In this document: in pieces, positions 1-13,575 of the stretch
How positions within the stretch are numbered: position 1 is the first letter of the stretch
How the letters are laid out: every line of letters starts with the position of its first letter
Assembly: GCF_009914755.1 (NCBI RefSeq)
Contig: NC_060934.1
Source of the DNA: the human T2T-CHM13v2.0 reference genome, Homo sapiens
Direction: 5' to 3' (one strand)
Length of the DNA: 64,000 bases
Notes under the pieces: generated by a model
The model's database searches: none
What the model was told of the DNA's origin: nothing
The model's input: the letters and a program-made list of their open reading frames with translations, nothing else
Position numbers and translations under genes: made by a program

Positions 1-245
1 TTAAATTGACCTAGGCTACTTTCTTACTGTATTTAGAAAAAAAAACAAAACTGAGATTATATATAACCTACAAAATATCAACATACAATATCTGTTCATT
101 CTTTAAATCTTGGGATATTATTTTATTTTCTATTATCCTGTGAATTGAAAAATTTTACTCACATGACTTTTACCTCTATCAATTGTCTGAAAATTAAAAT
201 GATACTGAAATAGTAAGGATTAAGATTCTTAGCCTAATGTTAACA

Positions 246-545
246 ACAGTTCTCACCTTATCCATGGGGGATACATTCCAATACCCCGGGTGTATGCCTG
301 AAACCTCCAATGCTACCAAGCCCCACATACTCCATGTTCTTTCCTATACCTACAAATCTATGACCAAGTTTGATGTACAAATTAGGCAGAGTAAGACATT
401 AACAATGATAACTAATAATAAAATTGAACAATTATAGCAATATATTATAATAAAAGGTTATCTAAATTTGGTCTCTCTTATTTCACTGTATCACCAATAA
501 CTAAAACTGTGAAAAGTGAAACTGTGGATAAGGCAGGACTATGGT
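246..545. mobile_element. MER44-like (Tigger7, TcMar) DNA transposon
   Basis: Begins CAGTTCTCACCTTATCCATGGGGGATACATTCCAATACCCC and ends GAAACTGTGGATAAGGCAGGACTATG (CCTTATCCA/TGGATAAGG terminal inverted repeats). Internal ...AAATTAGGCAGAGTAAGACATTAACAA... resembles MER44 as I recall it. Confidence 0.75.
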
Positions 546-3239
546 ACTTAATTACTAATTCATATGAAGCAGATATGTTTTAAAGTGTTCAGAGAAGAAG
601 GGTATCTACTTTTGTCCCTGCCTTAAACCTGCCTACCCTGAAAAACACTTTCAATACTGTTCAGCATAAAGGAGATAAGTGAGTAAATGCGGCAGCTCAC
701 AGCTGAAGAGGATGCTACAATTTGGGTGCCAGAGGTTGCAGGTGAAAAACAACAGAAGCAATAACAATACTCAATGAATTTTATGGAGCAGTATTGTCCT
801 TAGAGTTGTCTCCCATGCATCCTCATTTTGTCATCATGGTCATCCTGTGAAAAGCCTGCCCTTGTGATCCCCGTTTGATAGGGGAGGAGGCTGCTGCTCA
901 GAGGACTGTGTGACCTGCACATGGCTGTGGCCCTCGCTTGTGGAGTGTGCACTTAGAACGCCAGGCCCACAGCAGTCAGATTCCACGGCTTCTCTCTTTT
1001 TCTCTCCCCTGCTCATCCAGGACTCTGCATTAGACCTCACATTAGAAGTGTGCAGTGCACAGTGAGAAGCCTCATGCCCTCTCCCCTGCAAGGAATTATG
1101 ATGAAAAACTCAGGAAGTAGCATTCTCCATCCCTGCATTTGGGCTCAGAAATGTACTCAACCTAAAAGTGTTTCAACGTTTACTTCTCAACTACATGTAT
1201 GGCATGGAAACAAAAAGTTCACCTTGAATCCTAAACTAAACTCTAGCCATGTTTAGTTCTTAGAGAAAAAAAATCAACCCTCTAAATACCTCTACTTCTT
1301 TGTCTGCCTATTATCAATTGGCCCAATAATTTTTCTAATAGCTTATCTCTTTCATGATTTTCTTTTGCTTCATTTCTCCTGTTTTTAGGGTTCAATACTT
1401 TTATAAAAGTTCGGGATGCACCTGATTTGCTGTAACTTCTTCTTAACTTTTCAATTATCATTGAAGGATAAAAACATTAATAATTTGCAGAAAATCCCCA
1501 ATCATACCTTGTTTGAATAAGACATGGTCCAGTGCCAAAATGTAGGCAAGTTTAAGCAGTAAAAGCTTCTCTTTAGGCGAGGGCCAGTGACCTCAGACTC
1601 ATGCACATCATTTAGGACTGCACCAAATGTGGCCACAAGCCGAAATCAAATTAGTTGAAGAAAAAGCAGAAAAGTCTTGGCTTCTGTAACAGAGATGTCT
1701 ACAGGGAGACCTGTTTGGGATTTGACAATATTCAGGCCTTAAACAAATGATAGTACCAAAGGCTCTATTGTATCTTCCTTCGAGCTAGTGTTTCTTGGAC
1801 CATCTGATGTCTCCCACTCCCACACCACTAGGTCCAGAGGAAGGAAGAAAGCTTTCTCTTTTCCTGAGCTCCGGCAACCATTTTATTACATTTCTTTGAC
1901 TCTCATCGGTTTACCTGACAGTTTCAAAGCCCATCACTAGGTTTGAGGGAGATGAGATACACAGAGGTTCAATTTAATCCAATTGATTCCATGCGTGGAG
2001 ATAATTCTGGGGTCTATTCCCCCAAACTGAAAAGCAGGAGTGGGTTTCCTAAAGAAATTTGGATTTCTTTTGTTACCAGCGGTGAAAGAGTGGATGTTGG
2101 TCAGCTAACAATAATTGCTCTGTAATTGGAGCTCCAGCACCTGGGGGTTTCATGAATAGATTTAAGGAGTCTCAAAACTGCTTTGAGATTGTGTCAAAAA
2201 TGCATAAAAGAAAATATGCATATATTTAGTGGCATTTAACTTGCCTAAAATTAATAGCCACTAGCATAGAGACTTCATATTTAAATATGCTGTGTTAGAA
2301 AGGGATTTAAATGCACAAACGAATCTCCTGTCTAAAGGTATATTACCAATTATCTAGACTGTCTCTTTCTTTCTTGAATATTGTTTCTTTCTTTCTTGAA
2401 TATTCCATTTGTTAACAAATGAGGACCCTTCATAAATATGACTTGATTTAGATAAATATGTAGATAGACGTTTAGAAAGAAAATTAACTACATTAACTAC
2501 ATGTTCTTCTTCAGTTGTTGTAAGAAATAGGCTTATTAAAAAAGAGATTACTGAAAATAAACATATCTTTATATTCTATGAGCATGTGTTTAATAGATTC
2601 TTTTCTTCATTACTAAGAACAACTAAGAGATTATAAAAGGAATCAAAAGCCCCAGAAAGACTGGAAAAGAGAAATGCAAGACAGTTAACTTGTAACAAAC
2701 TGCCTTTTAATGAGGCAATTCTGCAAATACTTTAATAATAATAATAATGGCAATAATAGTTATTTGGATTTTCAGTCTGTTGTTTCTTTCTATCAAGGGT
2801 ATAAAGCATTTCGACATAATGAGATAATATTCATGACAAGGGAGTAGTCATAGCCGTAAATGTCCACAGCACTTAAACACTGATGAGGAGCTTTGACATC
2901 TCATGACTGGCAAAACCCTTTCTTCTAAGTGCTTCTCAAGGCAGCCGCGCTATCAGGCACAGCTGGGAAATGGGGGTGGCAAGGATCCTGAGAAAAGCAG
3001 TGGGATTTTTCACTGGGGATAAGCCATTGTGGTAGCTGGCTATGAGGCTGGGGAGCTCTTACTATAATCCACTCTTTAATGCACAAAATCTAAAAGTTTA
3101 CTGACCAGCTGTTCAATGAGACAGGGTGGGTGTTCTGAAATACTCAGTGTTTCATGGCTCTGTGTATCTCTTGCCATACTCAGAGGTTCTCAGATGAGTT
3201 TCAGAGGCCTTCCTCTCATCTGTTTGTGGCTCCATTGAG

Positions 3240-3575
3240 CAACTCACTGGTCTCTCCAGTACATCTATCCTCCAAATTCTATCTCTAGTGATATTTCTAA
3301 AACACAAATTGGATCTTTCATGAGTTAACAATCATCAGTGGCTTTCATTTGCTTTCAGGGTGAAGCTCAATGCCCTACACGATTCTGCTCCTACCCAGCT
3401 TTCTAGATAGTGGTGTTGAGGGCCCGGTTCTGGGGCCAGGAGGATTTGGGTTCAGCTGTACTAACAGTGCTGGAACCTTGAGGATCTTTACATCTTTATG
3501 CCTCAATGTTGTCACTTAAAAAAATGAGATAAAATAAATCCTACTTTGTTGATTTGCTCTGAGAATTAAAAGAGA
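3240..3575. mobile_element. Degraded L2 fragment followed by MIR
   Basis: L2-like GTGATATTTCTAAAACACAAATTGGATC, then a MIR core (TTTATGCCTCAATGTTGTCACTTAAAAAAATGAGATAAAATA). Confidence 0.45.
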
Positions 3576-4020
3576 AATCAGAGGCTTAAGGGTCTGGGCT
3601 ATTAACTTAAAATGTGTGATTTAGATTGGCCTCCAGAAGAGTTTCAGGGAAACCTGCTATAACTGGTGCTAAGACAATTTGTCTTCATAGAGTGTTGAGC
3701 TGATGGATGGGGCTGGAGGCACTCATCTCCTGGACGTAGACCTGAAACATCGAGGCTTAGATTCCGGCCCCAGTCATGGCAGAAAGGAGGCCAGGATTCC
3801 CTCAGAAGATGCACTCTGGGGATTAGGGTAGGATATTGAGGTTCTGTTACGACCCACTGCTGGAATAGCAGTTCCTGAGTATTTAAGAGGAAAAGCTGGT
3901 TTTTCCCCATCATTCATCCTGAGTGCCCAGGACCATGGCGCCAGGACACCTGCTGTCCTGAGGATAAAGCAGAACCACACTCCGTGAACCTCCCCTAATA
4001 AGCACCGTTCTGGAAGGTCG

Positions 4021-5200
4021 TGTGGGAGTGAAGGGAAAAACTTCCCCTTAACCCTCTGAGCGTTCACTGAAAAATCACAGACAACAGGGTGCATTCACAG
4101 GAGAAAAGGCACACAAACTTATTTGATCACAGTTGTATGTGATACGAGAGCTTTAAGAATGAAGTCCCCAAGATACAGGGGGGATAGACTATTTTTATGT
4201 TTAGGTTCAACAAACTACGAATGTGAGAGAAAGCTAACATAGCCAACTTCATGTTGCTTCTAACTTCACAAGCTAACTGCCAGTGCTCATTCCTTTATGC
4301 AGGCCAAGCTAAGTATGGGAGGAATTTAGTTTACAGTTAAACTTTCAGGCAAGGATAATAGTAGTCCCTTGCCAAAATTAACTCGAGGACATAAACAGGG
4401 TGTACACACAAGTGGCAATGTTTGGTTGACAATGTATAGGAGCACTGTGACCTGGCCAAGGACAAAGAGGTTTTGCAACCTCCTCAAACTCCTGCTGATG
4501 TCCAGATGTCTGTGTCAGCAGTCACCTCCTGACCTAAATCCACTTCTTGTTCCCCTTCCCCAGTAGAAAAACAAGCTTGAGATTCAGGCCTTTTAAGATG
4601 GTTCTTCTTTAGGACATTAGTGTGCAATCTTCTCAGTTTGCTGACTTTCCAAAATCATGTCAGTTTCCTTGCCTCAACTCCTTGTTTCTTTAACATATTG
4701 CCTGTTCATGTGCTGAGTAGTACGAGCTTTGGACTCAGTGTCACGGACAGCCATGTAGAAATATAATTGAAAAAAGGGGCCTGATCTAATGCTGATGGAT
4801 GCAGTAGAGAAACCCAGTGAGCCCTGTCTATCTAGGTCATTCACGGACTCTCTGAGCATGCATTTCTTTCTCCTGGGTGTGGGGCAGGAGTCTCTCTGGA
4901 AATGGGGTTCTCATGACCTATAATCAAACAGGGTAGGTCAGACAATTTCTTTATGGTCAGGTTTTACACAGAAATGCAGGGAGTAGGGGGTGGGAGTTAG
5001 AATAATATTTTAAGGTTTTATGGCTGGCTTTGGGGAAAAGGGATTCTAGTTTCCATGACTCACCTTGAGGAAAGGGATTCTAGTGTCTGTGGCCAGCCTC
5101 TGGGGAGAATGGGGCTGAGAGACAGGGGGGCCGGAGGTCAGAGGAAAAATGTTTGCTTCTGAGGCCTTCATTTTGGGGTATTATTTTCTAAGTCCCAACA
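4021..5200 (-). mobile_element. MER39-like ERV1 solo LTR, interrupted by a second LTR
   Basis: Minus strand starts TGTTGGGACTTAGAAAATAATACCCCAAAATGAAGGCCTCAGAAGC (MER39-type start) and ends ...CCCACA. TG..CA termini. Confidence 0.7.
4221..4743 (+). mobile_element. MER4-group ERV1 LTR (LTR8-related) nested in the MER39-like LTR
   Basis: GCCAAGCTAAGTATGGGAGGAATTTAGTTTACAGTT is an LTR8-type motif. Ends ...GAGCTTTGGACTCAGTGTCA, and the host sequence resumes (GGACAGCCATGTAGAAATAT). Confidence 0.6.
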
Positions 5201-5558
5201 GTCTGGTGTGTGTTCTGTCAATATTCACCCTCCTTTGCTTGTGACGCTGGCATGCAATAGTACTAAGTAAATAGTCCCATATTTTAAAACAATAACACAT
5301 TTGATTGCATGACTCATCCTAAATTGGATTGCAGATTCCAGCTCTATTTCCTGACCTGAAACTCTGGCCTTTGCATGTGCTCCTTCTGACGGGACACCCT
5401 GTCTTCACCCATTAACCCATCTCACTCCAGTGGCCCTCCAGGACCCAGGAGGATGAGGAACAACTCCCTCCCAACACCAGCGCCCCCACCCAGACTGACC
5501 ACGAAGCCCCAACACTTGGCTCTGCTGTGGTGCTCACCCCCGTCTATGCCCATGGATA

Positions 5559-6135
5559 TTGTAGGGGAGGAAAAGACTCATTTTCTCTCCACCCTCCTCG
5601 CTTGGGCCCTGTAAATGAGACTGACAGAAGAGAGATTAACAAGATTAGCAAGGGTAAAGCAAACAAGTTTATTGGCCAGTGCATCCTGCATGCATGCAGG
5701 TTAACTCAGGAATGAGGAACTCTGAGGGGTGGTTAGAACTTGGGCTTCTGGAGCATCTTAGACACAGACCAATAGGCTTTTCAGAAAAAGTGACAAGACA
5801 AAGGAAAAGGGCTTTGAGATTCAGGGGAGGGAAATTGCATATATGTAAATATTTAAGCAAGTCGATGGAAGGCAAGGGCTAGTGAGTAAGGTTTGTTGGG
5901 TAGATTCCTGTGGCTCCTCCCAGCTGATAAAGGTCTAGAATAATCTCAGGTAACTGACTCCTTAACCTCCTGGTTTGGAGGACGGGAGTCACCTTTACAA
6001 ACGCAAGTCCTGCCTTAGCAAATATCAGGAAGGCAGAGGGCTTTTCTAGTGTCTGTTTCTTCTTAAGCATCTTCAGCTCAAAATAACCCTTCTGTCAAAG
6101 CAGCACATTTGGGCGGTGAGTCCTGCTGGCTGCCA
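5559..6135 (-). mobile_element. MER34-family ERV1 solo LTR
   Basis: Minus strand carries GGTTATTTTGAGCTGAAG near its start and CTTGTTAATCTCTCTT near its end, ending in ...CCCCTACA. Confidence 0.6.
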
Positions 6136-7461
6136 CTCTCCTTGGCTCTTCCCCCCATCTCACTGTGCACTCCTCCTGCTCAGGAGGGTTCCGCCTCTCA
6201 GGGGCTCCACTCATCACTGGGGAATTCAAGGACAGGAGCACTTCCTACCACAATTGGTCCTTCTTTTGTCTTTAACTTCACTTCCGCTCCTGGGCTTTTC
6301 CTATCCTTCAGTTTGCCTCCTCTGTTTTCTTTGAAATTGTTCTCTTTCTTCTCTTCCCTTTAGCTGTAGTTTTCCCTTAGGATTCCTTCCCTGCCTGTCT
6401 TCTCTTCTATTTCTACCAAGTGATTGCTTCCCCTCCCGTGTTTTTAACTCTACCGGGAATCTACCTCTTTCTTGAGCTTTGGAGCAGTGAATCCTACCAG
6501 AGATAGTCCTAGCAACCAAGCAGAGCTCACTGTCATTCCAAAGTCCCACAGAGCGCTCCTCCTCCTTTAAGAGGAAGCCCAGGACCCCCAAGTCCACATT
6601 CCATTGTTGGTTTGCATTCCTCCCCCTGCCTCTTTCCATCCTTCCCAATAATATTCACATTTCCCTTAATTCTGACTCCGTGTTTTCATCAACTGCCTTT
6701 CTGTTCTCCGGCCTTACTATGTCTGTTCGGCTTCTCCTCATAGGTGATCCGACTCACCTCGACACTCACAGGTTGGCTCTTCCTGTCTAAAATGTTACCC
6801 TCTTTTGATTTATTGCTCTGTTAGGTTTATTATTTCTGCAAGCAGTGTGTTCTTTTTTAAATGTACATTTTATGTTTTTATTCCCTTACTTAACACCCTG
6901 CCCTGCCTCCCACAGTCCTGATGGTGAAACCTCCTCCCTATGTCAGGGCGTCAGGCGTTGGGCTGACCCTGACCCTTCTGCCATCTCCCTTAAGCTCTAC
7001 CCTTGGTCTAGACCAAATGAACGTCATAGCATCTCCCCCACTTTCCTGGCCCTAAGTTGCAAATTTATCCTGTAGGAATGCATGTCCTCCTTCCTTAGGG
7101 AACACTCTTTCTTCAGAAATATTATTTCCAGTTTTAACTGGATCTTCAGGATGCGGCAGGTGTTAACTTTTGCAGAGGCAGAACCCGTGACCACATCTGG
7201 CTCAGGGATCTGGGGACCCAATGTGCCTGCAAGCAGAGACAACAGGCCAGCAGCCTGAGGAGAAACAGGCAACAGTGGCTCTTTATGGCTGCACCTTGTT
7301 TTAGGGGTCTTTTTCTATCATGGGTAAGTGCACAGGCCAGCGAGCAGTGGGCACGATCAACAAGATTTTCAAGATGCAAGTGTATGAGGCAATGGATGCC
7401 CCATTTACCCTGATGTGAATGTTCCACCTTGCATGCCTGTATCAAAACTCTGGTGTGGCTA

Positions 7462-7558
7462 TTCTACATTGCATGCCTATATCAAAACACCTTGTTTATC
7501 CCATAAATGTATACACCTTCTATGTACCCACAAAAATTAAAAATTAAAAAAAATAAAA
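7462..7558 (+). mobile_element. L1MA-type LINE-1 extreme 3' end with A-rich tail
   Basis: CATTGCATGCCTATATCAAAACACC...CCCATAAATGTATACACCTTCTATGTACCCACAAAAATTAAAAATTAAAAAAA. Confidence 0.75.
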
Positions 7559-9509
7559 GATCCATCATCTCAAACAAACACACAACAACAAAAAAGGCAA
7601 CTGCAGCTCCTTGAGGGCCAAAGGCGGGGCCCTTCTGCTCGAGGGACCCAATTTCCCTTGATAAAGCGCACACACTTTGTAATAATAGAAGACAGCATTC
7701 ACCATGTATCACAATGATGCTGTCCAGTGGCTTTCAGTTTTCTATGGCAAATCTACAATTTTTTTTATTAGTGTCTAGAGAAGCAAGTAAATATTAACTA
7801 CTATTTTAACATTATTGGATGCACTAGACCTCATGGAAGCACCAAAGATTTCACGTTAGATGTAGACTTTAGTATAAAGAATAAGACTTCTTTAAAGTAC
7901 TATCCAAGGGAGTTTAATTACTAAACTCCCTTTTAATTACTAAACCCTTTGAAAAAGAAAAAGACCGTCACCAGAGGTTCCAATGAGAGTCCAAGTGGTG
8001 TTAGAGTGCAGTTCCACTGGGACATTTCTGAGCAGTTTGAAGAGAAGATAAAACTTCAGTGCTACATTTTATGACCCTGTTGCCTTTCACTAAAATGAAG
8101 GCATTACTATATTACAGGTATACTTAGGCCTTGAACTACATACAAAGGATTTTTACTGTATTTTAATTTAAATATTGCTAAAACTACAAACAACATTATA
8201 AACAGAGAAGTCTATAAGGTTGTACAAAAACAGAATGCGGGTGTAAAATACCCTTTGTTTAAAACCTCAGATTGGTCAAAATCTCTTTTTGATGTTTTCA
8301 TATTCTCAGATTTGGGGTATGGAAGACTCCATGTCCTACACTAGCTGTGTACAACTTGGAAATATTAATTACAGTTCAGACTTTTTTCTTTTACTTTAAT
8401 GGAAGCCTTATGTATGTGAGATTTTCCAAAAATGTGAGACTCTCCCTGTCTTCCCTTCCCCTTCCTCTCATCCCTTTTGGAATCCATGCAAAAACACTTC
8501 TAAGTACAGAATGTCCTTTTCTTTAGCACAGTCAATTTTTCCTAATGACCATTTATATAAACCTTGGTAATGTTGAGAACAGAGAATTCCTGCAGTATTA
8601 TAAATAGCTTGTGAGAACTCTGCCCTCGACCCGATTGCACCGAGGGAGTAAGTGTTTCTAATTACTGCATGCAGCTGGTGACCTACAACCAGCACACCCT
8701 AGCTTGGCCATTCAGGTTCCACGCAGCTGGTCAGCAGCCACAGCCTGTGTCACACACAGATCCTAGCCCCAGTGACACACCATTGATGGGGGAAGCCCAG
8801 ATTTTCCAGTAGGAAAAGTGGTGTTCACCAAATAAATGAATTAACCAGGGTAAAAATGTCCACAAGAAAAGCCCCATTCATCACCACATTAGGATACAGA
8901 AATGAGAAAGTATCCCTGTAAAGTTGTCTTTCTAAAACCACATTTGCACAAAGCACTAGTGTATTTTCATTGGGCTGTGAATTCCTTAATTCTTTAGTAT
9001 TGGGCAACGATGCAGAAATGTCCCCCAGGGTAACAAAATATGTTACCAATTCTCAAATTACAAGCTCAAAATAAACGTACATTTTCTAAAAATCTTGATA
9101 GTTCTTTCTGTTTCACTGCTTTCTCTTTCTCATCAGAATTGAGTCCACCACAGATACAACACTGTCAGGCCTTAGCATTCCCATTCCATTCTCCACAGCA
9201 TCTTATCACCACACCTACCAGTTAGTGATACGTATTCGCTTTGTAAGCAAACACGGGCATCTGAAAAACTCCTACTGCCTTGATGTGAGCGACTGAATAT
9301 CAATGATCTTGCCACTAACATAATAACAAGCAGGTTATTCTAGGCCTAACGATTCTGCCAGTTAGTCCTTTGCCATGATGAACTGGTGGTGTAGTTCCAT
9401 TGTACATAGTCAGGGAGCTATTCACATTTTCAGGTTTAAACATATATTAATATAAACTTAGTTCTAGGTTGAATCATTACCATTAACTTATTGTGACACA
9501 TGTACTTTG

Positions 9510-9833
9510 CTTTTTTGTTGTTCTTGTTTGTTTGTTTTTGTTTTGTTTTGTTTTGAGACAGAGTTTCGCTCTGTCGCCCAGGCTGGAGCGCAGTGGTACA
9601 ATCTTGGCTCACTGCAACCTCCGTCTCTCAGGTTCAAATGATTTTCCTGCCTCAGCCTCCCGAATAGGTGGGACTACAGGCACGCACCACCATGTCCAGC
9701 TAATGTTTGTACTTTTAGTAGAGGCGGGGATTCACCGTGTTGGTCAGGCTGCTCTTGAACTCCTGACCTCAAATAATCCACCCATCTCGGCCTCCCAAAG
9801 TGCTGGGATTACAGGAGAGAACCACTGTGCTGG
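9510..9833 (-). mobile_element. AluS, full length, with (TTTTG)n tail
   Basis: Two-arm Alu. Target-site duplication GTGACACATGTACTTTG (9493-9509) / GTGACATATGTGCTTTG (9834-9850). Confidence 0.95.
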
Positions 9834-10261
9834 GTGACATATGTGCTTTGAATGTCTGTTAATAAACATCCTGGACTCTCACATGCTGTCTTTATGACTA
9901 CAAAGGAGAGAAGAGCTTTGAGATGCTAACCACACATTATGTGGTTTTTGTGATGAGCACAGCGTTGTGGCAGCAGAATTGTGTTCAGTGTTGGGCAGAA
10001 CCGTGCCGACCATCAGCCCCAGCTCAGTCAGTGCTGCCACCTGTGATTTGCACACACTATAAGGCAGTGACAATTTTCTCAAATCAGTAAAATAATTTCA
10101 TCCTTAAATTTAATCCAGAAGAGCACAGGTCTCTCAGCACATTTGAAGCTTTCTCTCATTAGGAAAAAAAAAAAACTTGTGGAAAGGGACTTTGAAAAAA
10201 AATTGATTCTAAATCATAGAAACAAATTGAAGCCACAATTGTAATCTCTAATATTATCTCA

Positions 10262-10874
10262 TGTAGGGAAATAATAACCCTCTTAGGTTCTTGGTAGGGA
10301 ATGAACCTCAGTAATAAAAGATAGATTAACAAGAGAAAACCACCACTATACAATTCACCCATGTAACCAAAAACCACTTGTACCCCTAAAGGTATTGAAA
10401 TAAAAAAGGAGAACTCCATAGACAAGAACATTTATATTTTATATATACATGGGAGACACCCAGATAACGAGCAATCAAAGAGATGGCTTTGGGTTCCAGC
10501 TTACATAGCATCTTCAAAACAGAACAGTAACTTTTTAGAGGGGCGATGAGCTAAAGGAGAAGGACATTGAGTCTCTAGGGCAGCAACTTGTGGGGAGGAA
10601 AACAAGTGGCAGATAAAGGCTGGTTAGTGAAGCTTGTCCATGTAGATTCTTCTGGAACAATCTCCAGGTCCACAGGGTATAAAGTGGTCTTCAGTGGTTA
10701 ACTTTGTTCTTCTTGGTAGCATGGTTGGGGCATGAGGTATAGAGCCAGGATACCTCTTGTTGTCATAAATGTGTCTTGCTTTTAGGCAAATAGGAGGGCT
10801 GAGAACCTTTCTGCATCTGCCTCTTCCTAATTGTCTTCAGGCCAAGAATCCTACACGTATTTGAGTCTCCCACA
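10262..10874 (-). mobile_element. MER34-family ERV1 solo LTR containing an L1 fragment
   Basis: TG..CA termini. Shares AGATTAACAAG and TTCAG(G/C)C..AA motifs with the 5559-6135 element. Minus strand has TATTTGCCTAAAAGCA. Confidence 0.55.
10341..10407 (+). mobile_element. L1PB-type 3' terminal fragment
   Basis: CACCACTATACAATTCACCCATGTAACCAAAAACCACTTGTACCCCTAAAGGTATTGAAATAAAAAA, with an imperfect flanking duplication GAGAAAACCA / GAGAACTCCA. Confidence 0.75.
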
Positions 10875-11463
10875 TTCATCACAGGTAGGAATCTTATCCT
10901 TCAGCTGCTTCTAGATAACGTCTTAGCCCTTTGCAAATCTCCAAATGACATGTTTAGTTGTTTTGCACTGCATTTTCACTTATGAACTGACTCAATCCCT
11001 TTTATAATTGGAAAGCGTAAAAAAACTTTCAAAATTAGACAAGTCTACCATTTTATTTATGCCATGACTGGATGTCAGGCCGTGCCACTCAGCACAGGAC
11101 CAGTCTCTCCTGCTCAGGCCAATGCTCAATCCACACTCAGACAGAATCTCTCTCCTAGGCACCAGCCACTCACAAAGGGTCAGGAAGAGACATTACTGAA
11201 GCAAAGACAGTGGTGATGTTAAAAGTAGAGAGAAAGGAAATGGAAATCCAGCACACAAAAAAAGTATTTCTCCTTTAGTCCTACCATCTCCATCAGCTTG
11301 GGAACAGCACTGGGGGCTCATGCTTGCTTTCGCTCCCCAGTGGGATCATTTCAGGCAACCCTGGTGGCAAGCTGGCTTTCCTGTTTCCTTGTTTCCAACA
11401 GGGTGTGGCCTCAAGGAAAAATGTTCCTCACTAGGATTCTTGTTTAATCGCTCTCTGATTTGA

Positions 11464-11723
<260 letters not shown>

Positions 11724-13575
11724 GGCTCTCACCCCCATTTGCATACCCTCTGGAGGACTAGGTCATGGACTCCCTCTTCACAGAGCTGCCTGGGTTCCCG
11801 CTTTGCCCCATGGTGTAACCACGTCACTATTCTTAAACGCCTCCGGTTTCAAACATAGGCCATGCTTATGTAGGGGACACTTCTCTCTCTGACAAGGAAG
11901 GGAATCTGAGAGATATAAGGATTGCATTCTTCTTTTTCGACCCCCGCCTCCTTCATGGCAAAGAGGACTAAAATGATACCTCTTTTCCTTGCATGTACTG
12001 GAGTCTCCTTACATAGCATTACTACTCTATACAACTTCAGTTTGCTCCCATTATGCCAGTGCAGCCACTCTGCTGTCATAGCTAGACTACGTGTGTCTCT
12101 CATACATAAAGTGTAATTATTGCCTTTTCATGTGTTCAGATGCTTCTGCTCCTTGTTCTGCTTTTTCCTCCTAAGATTATAAAGAACATGTCCTTCCTTA
12201 TCCACGGTTAAGAAGGAAAAAGCCCATGCTGGGAGCATCCTGCCTCTGGGTTTTATCACAGGTACCGTGTGAAATGTGTTCTTGAAGTCCTTCCTTGCCA
12301 GTATGCCTGCCCTTACCGCCACACCTGAGTGGCCACAGCTGCCATCTCTAGGGCACTTAGCGTGGGCATGGTGCCTGAATACAGTAAGCAAGAATCTATA
12401 TTCCACCCCAGAGAAAGGTATGCAGTAAATCTTTAAAAATATCCTTCAAAAACAAACAGGAGCACTGACTCTTTTTATCCTAGACGTGTCCATCCAGGTG
12501 CCTGCCTGGTTCTGCTAAGAGAGATGCCCAGAGCTACCCATAATTGCTACGTATGTGGGATCAGGGAGAGCTCATGATCCCAGGCAGCAACCTCCAGGCT
12601 GTCTTGTAACTTCCAACTTTCAGGGCAAAAGGATGCACCGGATGGCAGGATTTCCTCCCAGGAATTCAATCTGAGACTATAGTGAAAAACATTAGCCATG
12701 GAAGCTGGAAACACTAACAAAAATGATAGTTAACTTTTTGAAAGTGCCATCATTAACTATTCTTGTCTTAACAGATATTATTTTCCTAAATGATCATTTC
12801 TTTTTCTGAAAAGAAATTACTAAAATATGAATACCATTTTTAAAATGTGTATTATCTTTCAAGGTGTTTGAGATAGTGATCTTTTTGTAAAATTTGGCAA
12901 GAAAAAGACAGATGCTAAGAGAAAAAAAATCAACTGCTTTCAATGGAGATACATCTAAGGAACAATTGGTTAGCTAAAGCAATTTTCCTCTGACATTTAA
13001 GGCCTACCTTGAACAAAGGGATTCCCAACCACTCCCCCAGCTTTTTCTGAATGAATTCAATGCTTAGTTTATCTGAGGGAAGGTGCTCCCTGCTTCACCA
13101 TGTCCTCCGCAAACAAAGGGAAATTGATTCTTCAATATCACTGTTTTCCCATGTTAAGTGGTATCACAAATAATTCATTCATAATTCCCTGTGCATGAAC
13201 CTCTAGACTATGGCAGGTTATTGAAATACCTCAGGCTATTTATCATGTTCTTATCAGCTGTACCCAAACAAAGAACTAATCTTACAAATTCTATAGTAGA
13301 AATATAAAACCAAACAAGGTGACTTTAGTTTGTCTGCCGGCTGCGTAAAGTATGGCTGTGTCTTTGAAGGAGCCACAGTCCTTCAGCGTCCTCATGTTCC
13401 CTATCATGCATCCTCATGGGACGTTTGCCTTGTCCAGCTCCATGGCTGATGGTAGTTGTCTTTGACTTCGAAGGGCTTGCCTACTGCACTGTGGTCTTAA
13501 CTACCTGAGCTTCAGTGGATGCTTGCATCTGATAACACGTATTTTTAAAATATGTGTGCTGTGGTAAGGTTGCAG

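Noticed and set aside
9493-9837. Alu-derived ORFs (also 19127-19372, 26739-26936, 35233-35571, 46261-46476, 47448-47822)
   Set aside because: Typical Alu translation artefacts (e.g. [19 protein letters not shown]).
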